Part shown: in pieces, positions 43,715-52,902 of the stretch
How the letters are laid out: each line of letters starts with the position of its first letter
Position numbering within the stretch: position 1 is the first letter of the stretch
Source of the DNA: an uncultured Coriobacteriia bacterium
GTDB taxonomy: Bacteria; Actinomycetota; Coriobacteriia; Anaerosomatales; PALSA-660
Length of the DNA: 59,071 nucleotides
Assembly: GCA_903831865.1 (NCBI GenBank)
Contig: CAIKZH010000014.1
Span: 1 to 59,071 of the forward strand
Reading direction: 5' to 3'
The notes under the pieces: model-generated
What the model was told of the DNA's origin: nothing
Databases searched by the model: none
Seen by the model: only the letters and a program-made list of their open reading frames with translations
Translations under genes and position numbers: made by a program

Positions 43715-45334
43715 ATGCTTGGTCCCGAGTGGCTCGGCAGCGCCGTGAGTGCGATCCCGCTTGCGGGACCCCAGGAGGACGCCGCCCGCTCTCTGGTGGC
43801 GATCGGGCTCGACGGTTCGAGGGCCGGAACGGAGCTGGCCGCGCTCCATGTGTCGCAACCGGCCCGCGGCGCTGCGGCGTCCAAGCCCGCTTCAGCGCTG
43901 GTTGCCGCGAGTCCGCACATCGACGCGGCGCTCTCCTCGCTGAGCGACGCTGCGGGCCGAGTCTCTGGCCTCAAGGAAGGCGGCCTGCTTCCGCCGCTCG
44001 CCGAGGCGGTTCGTTCAGTGAAGACGGCCCTGCGTGATGAGGCCCCGTTCCTTGGCAGGGCTCGTGCCCTGGTGTCGCTTGAGCGGTATCTGCGCTCGTC
44101 TGAGCATCGTGTCCTGCTCGTCTCTCAGGACAGTGCGGAGCTGATGCCCACCGGCGGCTTCGCCGGCAGCTACGGGATCCTCGACATCGGCCCTGCCGGT
44201 GTCAGGCTCGAGGCCTACAAGGACGTCTACACGATCCCCGATCCTCCGGGTCGCGTTCCACCGCCTCCCGGCGTCGTCATGACCACCGACTTCCGCTTCC
44301 GTGACGCGAACTGGTGGATCGACTTCCCGACGAGCGCGCGCACCATGCTCAGGTTCTGGCGCACGTCCGGCGAGCCTCCTGTGGAGGGGATCGTCGCCAT
44401 CGACGTCGTCACCGTGAGAGACCTGCTCGCGGTGTTCGGACCCGTCCGCGTGCCCAGCTACTCGGAGACCTTCACGTCGCAGAACCTGCTGGACCGCCTG
44501 CTCTACCTGGTAGAGGTGAAGGGGAGCGCGTCCGGCAATCGCAAGGGAGTGCTCACGGCGCTTGCCGGCGTTCTGGAGCAGCGGGTGCTGAACGCGGGGC
44601 CTGAAGCTCTCTCGCGGTCGGCCTTGGCGCTGGCGCGATCCGCGGACGCGAAGCACGTGCAACTGTACTTCCCGGATGCCAAGGCTCAAACGGCGGTCAC
44701 CGCTCTGGGATGGTCGGGCGCGCTGGCGTCGCCGGCCGGGACCACCGACCTTCTCGCGGTCTCCAACGCGATGTACTTGGGCGGCAAGGTCAACGGCGCG
44801 ATGCGCAAGACCAGCGACTATCGGGTCGCGCTTCAACCCGATGGCTCCGCCGACACGACGCTCGTCCTGGACTACTCCAACACGGCGCCTTTCGCGCTTG
44901 CGCGCTCCCAGTTCAGCATCTTCGGGGACTACCTTCGGGTGTACCGGGCTGCGGGCACGCTCATCTCAAAGGACGTGGCTCATCCTGCCAGGTCCAGAAC
45001 GCTCGATCTAGGACTGCCCGCGGCGGTCCGAACGTTCACGGTGCGCCGGGGTCAGACCCATCGCGTGACGGTGGTCAGTCGGGTCCCGGGCGCTTGGTCG
45101 AGCCGGCCCGCGGCTCCGCACTATCGCCTGTTCATCGTCCGGCAGGCCGACCTTCAAGACGTCCCCACTACCATCACAGTCACTCCGCCGAAGGGCTGGC
45201 GCATCTCGGGCGCGAGCGCATGGCTGGCCGCCTCGAAGGAGCCTTTGCGTACGTCGCTGGGCGAGGGGCAGGCCGAGCTGGCCCTGCCTCTCTCCGGTGA
45301 CATGGTGTTCGACGTGAGGCTGGCGCGGCGGTAA
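43715..45334 (+). CDS. DUF4012-domain protein
   Basis: VLLVSQDSAELMPTGGFAGSYGILDI matches the DUF4012 core (..aElr.tGGf.GsyG). No N-terminal TM is visible in this ORF. Confidence 0.7.
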   Translation: MLGPEWLGSAVSAIPLAGPQEDAARSLVAIGLDGSRAGTELAALHVSQPARGAAASKPASALVAASPHIDAALSSLSDAAGRVSGLKEGGLLPPLAEAVRSVKTALRDEAPFLGRARALVSLERYLRSSEHRVLLVSQDSAELMPTGGFAGSYGILDIGPAGVRLEAYKDVYTIPDPPGRVPPPPGVVMTTDFRFRDANWWIDFPTSARTMLRFWRTSGEPPVEGIVAIDVVTVRDLLAVFGPVRVPSYSETFTSQNLLDRLLYLVEVKGSASGNRKGVLTALAGVLEQRVLNAGPEALSRSALALARSADAKHVQLYFPDAKAQTAVTALGWSGALASPAGTTDLLAVSNAMYLGGKVNGAMRKTSDYRVALQPDGSADTTLVLDYSNTAPFALARSQFSIFGDYLRVYRAAGTLISKDVAHPARSRTLDLGLPAAVRTFTVRRGQTHRVTVVSRVPGAWSSRPAAPHYRLFIVRQADLQDVPTTITVTPPKGWRISGASAWLAASKEPLRTSLGEGQAELALPLSGDMVFDVRLARR

Positions 45335-45427
45335 GGACTGCTCGCCCCCGCCCGATACCGCCCGGCGCCGACCGGCGCGGTCAGTGTGCGTGACTGCTAG
45401 CATTGACGCTCCACGAGGAGGTCCCAC

Positions 45428-46225
45428 TTGGCAGGGCACGACTCCATGGCCATCGTCGCAGCCTATGCGGAACTGGAGCTTGCTCCCGGCGCGACTCCGG
45501 AGCAGGTCAAGGAGCAGTACCGCCTTCTCAGCGTGGCCTGGCACCCCGACAAGTGGCCGGCGGGACGCTCTCGCGCTCGTGCTGAAGAGAAGATGAAGAG
45601 GGTCAACAACGCCAACGACGCCCTGCTGAGACATCTGAGGGACCACGCGGAGGTAGAGCGCGAGCCTTCGCGTCGGGAACGGGAGTATCGGCAGAAGCTG
45701 GCCGGTATCGAGGAGAGGCTCGCTGCGGACGTCAAGGCCGCCTGCGACGCGATCGTGGAGCAACGCCGCCCGCTGCTTGAGGCCACTGATTCCGCCCGGC
45801 GAGTCCTCGCTGATCAGTCGCGGGCATGCGTCGCGGACATTCGGGCGCATCAGCACAGCGCGCTCCATGGCCATGAGCGTTCGATTCGCGCGAAGGCCCT
45901 CAGCGACGTGGCGGCCGCCCGCAGTCAGGTCCGCCGCAGTCGCGACGACCGGGAGGTGGTAGAGGCCGTGGTAGGCGCAGTGCACTCAGCACGCGCGGAC
46001 CTCCGCTCACGGCGGGACCGTCTTGCCTCCGAGTCAGACCGCCGGATCGAGGAGGCCGCGGAGCACCGGGCCGTGATCTACCGAGAGCTGGATACCAAGC
46101 GTCAGGCGCTGGTGGACCAGGTCGAACGCGAGATCGACCGCGCAGCCGCTGCGCTCGTCAGGGAGGCCGACGCCGCACGTAGGCGCCTGCTTCGCGAGTG
46201 CGGGATACCTGACGATGCGGCCTGA
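45428..46225 (+). CDS. J-domain protein with long coiled-coil C-terminus
   Basis: TTG 45428 lies after GAGGAGG. AYAELELAPGATPEQVKEQYRLLSVAWHPDKW contains the HPD motif. The rest is Arg/Glu/Ala-rich helical sequence. Confidence 0.75.
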   Translation: MAGHDSMAIVAAYAELELAPGATPEQVKEQYRLLSVAWHPDKWPAGRSRARAEEKMKRVNNANDALLRHLRDHAEVEREPSRREREYRQKLAGIEERLAADVKAACDAIVEQRRPLLEATDSARRVLADQSRACVADIRAHQHSALHGHERSIRAKALSDVAAARSQVRRSRDDREVVEAVVGAVHSARADLRSRRDRLASESDRRIEEAAEHRAVIYRELDTKRQALVDQVEREIDRAAAALVREADAARRRLLRECGIPDDAA

Positions 46226-47300
46226 TCTCCCCTGCCACGACTCGCTGGGGCCGCTTCTTCAGGAGCTGGGGGGCGATGATCGGTCGACCCTCGAAGACCT
46301 CGATCGCCTGTTCGTCGAGCGCGCGCTGTCGATGGGTGACGTCCCAGAGGGCTCGCTGGAGCGTCTGGTAACCGCCTACTCCACGGTTGCAGATCGTCGC
46401 GCTCGAGTTGCGTGGATCCGCGCGGCAAAGCGGCAGGCGTTCCTCAAGAGAGCCCGATCGGCCTTCCCGAGAGCGGCCGTCGTCCTGTCGGTGGCCCTGG
46501 GTGTCGCCCTTGTGACAGGCCTCGCCGTCTTGGCAGGGCACTTGAGTCCTGCCTCGAGAGGCGTGGCCCGGTCTGGGGGCGCCTCCGCGTCCGTGGCCGG
46601 CGGCAGTTCAGCCGCGACTCAGACCCCCAGCCCGGGTGCCCTGCTCAAGGGGGACAGCACGGTGACCTCGGTCGTGTCCTCCGGGCCGTCGGCGTCGGTC
46701 CAGGTGCCGGACCTGGCGGGCATGAGCGAGTCTGCCGCCGCAGCCGAACTCTCGTCCGCGGGCCTGGTGGTCGGTACGGTTGCGAAGCGCTACGACGTGG
46801 CTCCCAGTGGCGCAGTGCTTGAGAGCAGTCCCTCGGCCGGAGCGAGCGCAGACGCGGGCGGAAGGGTCGATCTCACCATCTCGTCCGGACCCCAGCAAGT
46901 GGCGGCGGCCAAGCCGGTGGTCGCGAAGGTCGTAACGAAGACAGCGGTGACTCCGGGTGCCGGCGGCTCGCTGAGCGCGGCGTTCGAGGTGGTGCCGGCG
47001 TCCTTCGACAGCAGTAGTCAGATGTACGACAACACGCTGGGTGCGCACATCCTCTGCACATCAAAGGCGACTGGTGCTCGCAAGGGACTCAAGATCACCT
47101 GGCACGCCGAGTCGTCACGCTACGACTCACCCCTGTATAACGGAGTCGGCTCGACGTTCCGGTTCGTGATCCCAAGCTACCGGCCCTACGCCATATACAC
47201 CATCACGATGACCGCCACCGATTCCTCACGGCAGGCCGCCGAGGCCATGGTGAGCATCGACGTCGACTGGACCGGCAAGTCCATCGAGGTCAGCCACTAG
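46215..47300 (+). CDS. Single-pass membrane protein with extracellular PASTA domain
   Basis: Overlaps the J-domain gene by 11 nt. TM helix AAVVLSVALGVALVTGLAVLAG. VQVPDLAGMSESAAAAELSSAGLVVGTV...GGRVDLTISSG is a PASTA pattern. No kinase or PBP domain. Confidence 0.7.
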   Translation: MRPDLPCHDSLGPLLQELGGDDRSTLEDLDRLFVERALSMGDVPEGSLERLVTAYSTVADRRARVAWIRAAKRQAFLKRARSAFPRAAVVLSVALGVALVTGLAVLAGHLSPASRGVARSGGASASVAGGSSAATQTPSPGALLKGDSTVTSVVSSGPSASVQVPDLAGMSESAAAAELSSAGLVVGTVAKRYDVAPSGAVLESSPSAGASADAGGRVDLTISSGPQQVAAAKPVVAKVVTKTAVTPGAGGSLSAAFEVVPASFDSSSQMYDNTLGAHILCTSKATGARKGLKITWHAESSRYDSPLYNGVGSTFRFVIPSYRPYAIYTITMTATDSSRQAAEAMVSIDVDWTGKSIEVSH

Positions 47301-47335
47301 CAGGCAGTGAAGGCAGGCGTGCTGCAGGGCGTCTC

Positions 47336-47743
47336 TCAGGCCGCCATGTACAGCGCGTTGAAGGCCTTGGCCACCGCGGGATTCCGCTTGATCCGGTCGT
47401 TCCATTCCTTGGCGGCTGCCTCCCACGCGTCGGGCTGGATGCCCTTGGTCAGGGCGATGGCCGGCGCCTGCGTGATGTCGTAGTTGAAGGCCGCCAGGCC
47501 CTTGGAGACCTCGGCGAACAGCTGCAGGCTTACGCCCACCACCGGCTCCATGTCGGCGTTGCCGACCGGAGCGGTGGCTGCGGCCGTCGCGGCGTTGATG
47601 TTGGCCTGCGCCTGAGCCATCGCCGCCTGCTGGTTCGCGGCCATCTGCTCGGCGTTGACCTTCATCTGCTGGGCCTGATCGATCATGTCCGGTGCGGCTG
47701 CCACTGTCTCCTTCAGGTCTTTCAGCTGCTTGAAGAATCCCAT
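47336..47743 (-). CDS. Hypothetical soluble protein
   Basis: 135-aa ORF with a Gln/Ala-rich helical N-terminus and coding-like codon bias. Confidence 0.5.
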   Translation of the reverse strand: MGFFKQLKDLKETVAAAPDMIDQAQQMKVNAEQMAANQQAAMAQAQANINAATAAATAPVGNADMEPVVGVSLQLFAEVSKGLAAFNYDITQAPAIALTKGIQPDAWEAAAKEWNDRIKRNPAVAKAFNALYMAA

Positions 47744-47880
47744 GATGTCTCCTTCGGTGGCGGGCGCCGCATGGCGGCGCGACTCTGTCTGCCTCTGGGG
47801 ACTTACTACCCAGTGACCACCCGACCCTAGAGGGCCCGCTCCACCCCCGCTCCTCCCGGTGAACCTGACGCCAGCCGGGT

Positions 47881-50361
47881 ATGCTAGTGGAGCACTCCCG
47901 ACGACCTGCCCTGGAGGTGGGTCCAGTGGTCGAGCTGCACGTCATCTTTGTGGTCCTCTACGGCGGCATCGCCGTCCTCACCGCGGTTGCCCTGCTGCTC
48001 GTGTGGACACGCCGAGCCGCCCGGGGCGCCGTGCCGCTCGCGACATTCATGATCGGCGTGGTCATTTGGTCGGCCGCGGACGCCGTGATGTGGTCGGTGC
48101 CCACCCGTGCGCAGCAGATCTTCTGGGAGAGGATGACGTCCCTCGGGAGCTGGATAGTCCCCGTCGCCTTCCTCGTGCTTGCCTTCGACGTGGCCGGGAT
48201 GAAGCGGTGGCGAACGCCGGGCCGCATCGTAGCGATAGCGGTCGCTTCGTTCGCGCTCAACAACCTCGAGTGGTTGAACCCCGCCCACCTCTACGACGCC
48301 GCTTTCGTCCCGCACAAGGTCGGCTCCTACACCCACTACGCGCTCGTCCCCGGTCCGCTGTATTGGCTCTTCATCGTGTTCGCGTATGCGCTGGCCGTCT
48401 GCGCGCTCGTCATCCTGCTCCGGGAGTACCTTCGGTCCTCCGGAGCGAGCCGGAGCCGGATCGCGGTCCTCTTCATCGGCGGGCTGGCTCCATTCGTCGC
48501 CAGTGTCGCCGGCCTGCTCAACCTCGCGCCCTTCGCCGACCTGGACATGGCACCGCTCGCGTTCTTCGTCACAGGAGCCCTGTGGCTGACGGCGATCCTG
48601 CAGGGCACGCTGCTCGAGATCCTCCCGCTGGCGCGCGGAGTACTCGTGGAGCAGATGCCCGACGGGGTCATCGTCATAGACGCCGAAGGCCGGGTAGTCG
48701 ATGCGAACCCGGCCGCGCTCTCGATGCTGGGCACGACTTCGGCAAGGGTGGTCGACTGGCCAGCGGAGGTCGTCCTTGCGCGCATCGAGGGTGCGGCAGG
48801 GTTGCTGCACGGCAGAGGCTCGGCCAGAGCGGTGCTGCCTGTTGCGTTGGCGGGTGAAACTCGCCACATGGAGCTTGGCGTCACTCCGCTCGCGGTCGGA
48901 CTCGGCGACTCGTCGGCGCAACTGGTGACGCTTCGCGACGTGACGCGGCAACAGCTGGCGCAGGAGGAGTCCGCGCGGCTCGCCGCGATCGTCACGTCGT
49001 CGCAGGACGCGGTGTTCACCAACGATCTCGACAGCAGCGTGACGAGCTGGAACGCCGCGGCCGAGGCGCTGTTCGGCTATTCGGCGCAGGAGATCGTGGG
49101 CGCCGACCTCTCGGTCCTGCTGGGGCCCGGTCTGGCGCGCGGGTCGAGCCGGATGTTCGAGCGTCTGCGCCGGGGGGAGTCCATCTTGGGTCGCGAGTCC
49201 TTCTTCCGCCGTAAGGACGGGAGCCTCGTGGAGCTGGCGGTCACCCTGTCCCCCATCCTGAACGAGCGCGGCGATACGGTGGCGGTCTCCTTCATCGGCC
49301 ACGACATCACGCAGCGAAGGCGCACGGAGAGGGAGAGGCGCGCATCAGAGGAGATCTTCACAGCGGCCTTCAAGGCGTCACCGGACCTGATCAGCATCAC
49401 CCGGATGAGCGACGGCAAGATCCTGGAGGTCAACGCGGGCTACGAGCAGCTGCTGGGATACTCACGCGAGGAGTCCGTGGGCAAGACCACCGCGGAGCTC
49501 TCCATCTGGACTCACCCCGCCGATCGCGACCTTCTCCTCGCAGGCCTGTGGGAGGACGGCGAGGTGCACGCGTTCGAGACGGCGCTGCGGCGCAAGGACG
49601 GATCGGTCGTCTCAGTCCTGGATTCAGCTCGGACGTTCGACCTGCGAGGGGAGACGTGCCTGCTCTCCGTGGCGCAGGACATGACGGAGCTCATCGAGCG
49701 GCGCGAGATGCTCGTCGCCAGCGAGGCGAGCCTTCGCGAGAGTAAGGAGAGTCTCGAGAAGATGGTCTATGCCGTCGCAGAAGCGATGGGGAAGGTCGTC
49801 GAGGTCCGCGACCCGTACACGGAGGGACATGAGGTACGGGTCGCGAGACTCGCGAAGCAGATCGCCCAGGAGATGCAGCTGCCCGCCAGCGACGTCGAGG
49901 CGATCGAGATGGCCGGGCTCGTGCATGACATCGGCAAGCTGTCCGTGCCCGCGGAGATCCTGACCAAGCCGGGTCGCCTGTCTGAGATCGAGTACCGCCT
50001 GATCAAGGAACACCCCCAGGCCGGCTACGAGATCCTGAAGGACATCGAGTTCCCCTGGCCGCTGGCCGAGATGGTGCTTTCGCACCATGAGCGCCGGGAC
50101 GGCTCCGGCTATCCGCGCGGTCTTCGCGGGGATGAGATCATCGGTGGCGCGCGCGTGCTCGCGGTCGCGGACGTCGTCGAGGCGATGGCGTCACACCGGC
50201 CATACCGGCCTGCTCTGGGCCTCGACGCCGCCGTCGCCGAACTGACGCAGAATGTGGACAAGTACGATCCCGGTGCGGTCCGCGCCTGCATCGCCCTCTA
50301 CGAGTCCGGTCGTATCGAGCTGGAGGACTCGCTGGGCACGGCGCGGCGACCTCTGGCATAG
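47881..50361 (+). CDS. Membrane sensor HD-GYP c-di-GMP phosphodiesterase (7TM N-terminal domain, PAS x2-3, HD-GYP)
   Basis: About 7 N-terminal TM helices, followed by PAS-like blocks (e.g. DAVFTNDLDSSVTSWNAAAEALFGY). HDIGKLSVP...HHERRDGSGYPRGL is the HD-GYP signature. Confidence 0.85.
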   Translation: MLVEHSRRPALEVGPVVELHVIFVVLYGGIAVLTAVALLLVWTRRAARGAVPLATFMIGVVIWSAADAVMWSVPTRAQQIFWERMTSLGSWIVPVAFLVLAFDVAGMKRWRTPGRIVAIAVASFALNNLEWLNPAHLYDAAFVPHKVGSYTHYALVPGPLYWLFIVFAYALAVCALVILLREYLRSSGASRSRIAVLFIGGLAPFVASVAGLLNLAPFADLDMAPLAFFVTGALWLTAILQGTLLEILPLARGVLVEQMPDGVIVIDAEGRVVDANPAALSMLGTTSARVVDWPAEVVLARIEGAAGLLHGRGSARAVLPVALAGETRHMELGVTPLAVGLGDSSAQLVTLRDVTRQQLAQEESARLAAIVTSSQDAVFTNDLDSSVTSWNAAAEALFGYSAQEIVGADLSVLLGPGLARGSSRMFERLRRGESILGRESFFRRKDGSLVELAVTLSPILNERGDTVAVSFIGHDITQRRRTERERRASEEIFTAAFKASPDLISITRMSDGKILEVNAGYEQLLGYSREESVGKTTAELSIWTHPADRDLLLAGLWEDGEVHAFETALRRKDGSVVSVLDSARTFDLRGETCLLSVAQDMTELIERREMLVASEASLRESKESLEKMVYAVAEAMGKVVEVRDPYTEGHEVRVARLAKQIAQEMQLPASDVEAIEMAGLVHDIGKLSVPAEILTKPGRLSEIEYRLIKEHPQAGYEILKDIEFPWPLAEMVLSHHERRDGSGYPRGLRGDEIIGGARVLAVADVVEAMASHRPYRPALGLDAAVAELTQNVDKYDPGAVRACIALYESGRIELEDSLGTARRPLA

Positions 50362-50465
50362 CCGGTGTTCCGACCGCTCGTCAGGTGCCGTAAGGGATTC
50401 CGAACCCTGCTCGTCCGCTCCATCTATGCTGTCGCAGTACGCCTACCTACGGAGCGGGAGCGCTC

Positions 50466-51206
50466 ATGAGGATCCTCGTCTCGATCGACGACACGGACGA
50501 CGCTGACAGCAAGGGCACGGGGGAGATCGCCGAGATGCTCGCCGCCGGGCTCGCCGGCCAGGGGCTGGCGAGCGTGGGCAGGGTCACCAGGCATCAGCTG
50601 CTCATCCATCCCGACATCGCCTATACCTCGCACAACTCGTCGATGTGCTTCGAGGCCGACATCGCGGAGAGCGCGCTTGAAGAGGTCATCGCCGCCTGTG
50701 CCGAGCGTCTCAAAGCAGAGAGCGTCGAGAGCTCCGACCCGGGGCTGGCGGTGGTCGCTGTCGATCGCCTTGTGGATCCGGCGCGGCTCGTGGACTACGG
50801 CCGCAGCGCCAAGCAGCGGGTGATCTCGAAGGACGAGGCGTACGGCCTTGCCGGGGAGCTGGGCGTGCATCTGTCGGAGCACGGCGGGACCGGCATCGGC
50901 GTGATCGGCGCGCTCGCGGGCGCAGGCCTGAAGCTGAGCGGCAACGACGGCCGGTTCAAGGGCAAGTTCAACCTCGCCGGTGACGAGCGGGGGATCGGGA
51001 CGGTTGCGCAGATCAAGCGCCAGGGCGTGGACTCCGTGCGCACCCTCGATGGCCACACCCTTGGCGAAGACGAGTGCGTCCGGCTCGGCGACGAGTGCAA
51101 GCTGGTGCTGTGCGACGGCGTCGCCGTACTGATGGTCCAGCCGAGCGACGAGGGACCCGGCTCGCCGTGGTCACTGGTGGACCGTCGCGCGCTGAAGTCG
51201 TTCTAG
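50466..51206 (+). CDS. TiaS N-terminal (TCKD/DUF1743-like) domain protein, function unknown
   Basis: MRILVSIDDTDDADSKGTGEIA...RVTRHQLLIHPDIAYTSHNSSMCF parallels the G-IDDTDS...LVRLNPNIP.KTRGNGA opening of archaeal tRNA-agmatidine synthetase TiaS (recalled pattern). Confidence 0.45.
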   Translation: MRILVSIDDTDDADSKGTGEIAEMLAAGLAGQGLASVGRVTRHQLLIHPDIAYTSHNSSMCFEADIAESALEEVIAACAERLKAESVESSDPGLAVVAVDRLVDPARLVDYGRSAKQRVISKDEAYGLAGELGVHLSEHGGTGIGVIGALAGAGLKLSGNDGRFKGKFNLAGDERGIGTVAQIKRQGVDSVRTLDGHTLGEDECVRLGDECKLVLCDGVAVLMVQPSDEGPGSPWSLVDRRALKSF

Positions 51207-51212
51207 AGCGCG

Positions 51213-51440
51213 ATGACGCCGGTTGTGGGCGCGGGCTCAGGCGCGGTCTTCGTCGGGAGCGTCGACAGCGAAGGTGACCTGGAGGTCGCTGCCGCTATCG
51301 CGCTGACGTGCACCGGCTTCACGCGCGACGACGATGACGAATGCTACGTCGACGGCGACGTGCCCACCTGCTTCAACTGTCGAGCCCGTCGGTGGATCAC
51401 CGGTGGCTTCACCTGCATGAAGGGTCTCCTGCGCGGCTGA
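51213..51440 (+). CDS. Small Cys-rich (putative zinc-ribbon-like) protein
   Basis: 75-aa ORF with strong G/C third-position bias. Cysteines are spaced C-x11-C-x10-CxxC-x11-C (LTCTGF...ECYVDGDVPTCFNCRARRWITGGFTC). Confidence 0.45.
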   Translation: MTPVVGAGSGAVFVGSVDSEGDLEVAAAIALTCTGFTRDDDDECYVDGDVPTCFNCRARRWITGGFTCMKGLLRG

Positions 51441-51550
51441 CGCGGCTCGATCTTCCTGCTCGCGCGTGTCCTCTTGCTCCCACTCGGGCATAAAGCCGTC
51501 CCGAGACGCCTGACTCACTCCGGGTCACAGAAGCGTCACTTCTGAAGTGG

Positions 51551-52747
51551 GTGGGAAGGCGGGCTTCGGTGCGCGGTCGCTACCAACGCCGACGCAAGTG
51601 GGGAGTCGTCGTGGCTGCGTGCGCGGCCATCGCCGCCGTGCTCGTTCTCGGGTCGTTCGCGCGCGGCGCGCTTCCGTCCTCCGGGACAGCGATGCCGAGC
51701 CCTTCCTCCGTGTCGTCGCTGCCACGGGCTGGCAAGATGGAGCCGCCCCTGAGCGGCGCCTACCTGGGCGTCTTCGACCCGCCAGCTCCGTGGGACCCGA
51801 ACGCGGTCGATACGTTCACCTCGCTCTCGGGCAAGGGTGTCGCCATCGTGATGTGGTACCAGCCGTGGGCGGGGGGGCTCTCGGACTTCAGCCCCAAGGC
51901 GTGTGCCGCACTGATGAGCCGCGGGATCGTCCCGATGATCACGTGGGAGCCGTGGGCTCCGGGGCCGCACGAGAAGGCCCTGAAGGACCCGACGAAGCAG
52001 CCTGCCTTCGGGCTCTCCACGATCGTCTCGGGAAGATACGACGGCCACATACGCGAGTGGGCCGACCAGATCCGCTCGTTGGGCGGTCCCGTGATGCTCC
52101 GGCCGATGCAGGAGATGAACGGCGACTGGTACCCGTGGGCGGGCACGGTGAACGGCAACACCCCGGCGCTCTACGCGCAGGCGTGGCGCCACATTCACGA
52201 CATCTTCGATCGGGAAGGTGCGACCAACGTCACGTGGGTGTGGAGCGTCAACCACGGCAGCTATCCAGACACCGCCGACAACTCGTATGCCGCCTACTGG
52301 CCGGGGGACCGCTACGTCGATTGGGTGGCCGTGAGCGGGTTCAACTTCGGGGCCGCGGATCCTCGCACCCGATGGGTCACGTTCCAGTCCTGGTTCGGAC
52401 GGGCGTTGGCCTACCTGCGGACCCTGCACAAGCCTGTGTGTATCGCCGAGTTCGGAAGCGTCGAGCAGGGCGGGGACAAGGCCGTCTGGCTGGGCGAGAC
52501 GTACCGCCAGATCCGGCAGAGCTATCCCTTCGTGCAGGCTGTCGTCTACTACGACACCATCGACCAACTGCCGTCCTCCACCCAGGACTGGCGGATCGAC
52601 TCGTCCGCCGCCAGCCTGACCGCCTTTAGGCAGGCGGTCGCCCCCGCGTACTTCGTCGGCCGCGCGCCGGAGGCTCTGTCCGCATGGGAGAGCCGCCTGA
52701 ACGCGAGCCAGAGGGCGTACTTGGCGGGGCTGGTAGCTCGGCGCTGA
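51551..52747 (+). CDS. Secreted glycoside hydrolase family 26-like (beta-mannanase-type)
   Basis: N-terminal TM/signal segment. RPMQEMNGDWYPWAG resembles the GH26 HE-x-NG-x-WFWWG block. WVWSVNH and VSGFNFG blocks are also present. Confidence 0.7.
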   Translation: MGRRASVRGRYQRRRKWGVVVAACAAIAAVLVLGSFARGALPSSGTAMPSPSSVSSLPRAGKMEPPLSGAYLGVFDPPAPWDPNAVDTFTSLSGKGVAIVMWYQPWAGGLSDFSPKACAALMSRGIVPMITWEPWAPGPHEKALKDPTKQPAFGLSTIVSGRYDGHIREWADQIRSLGGPVMLRPMQEMNGDWYPWAGTVNGNTPALYAQAWRHIHDIFDREGATNVTWVWSVNHGSYPDTADNSYAAYWPGDRYVDWVAVSGFNFGAADPRTRWVTFQSWFGRALAYLRTLHKPVCIAEFGSVEQGGDKAVWLGETYRQIRQSYPFVQAVVYYDTIDQLPSSTQDWRIDSSAASLTAFRQAVAPAYFVGRAPEALSAWESRLNASQRAYLAGLVARR

Positions 52748-52902
52748 GGGAACGCACTGGTCCGTTCGTCGCGCGGCGCTCCTGGGATTCGCCTCACGCC
52801 TGTTTGAGTTCCCGCCAAGCATGGAAACCACTTCCTCGACCTGTTCGGACCGGTCATCGCGACCGGGCGGGTGTTCCTGTGCACGAGGGATCGGGAGGGC
52901 AA

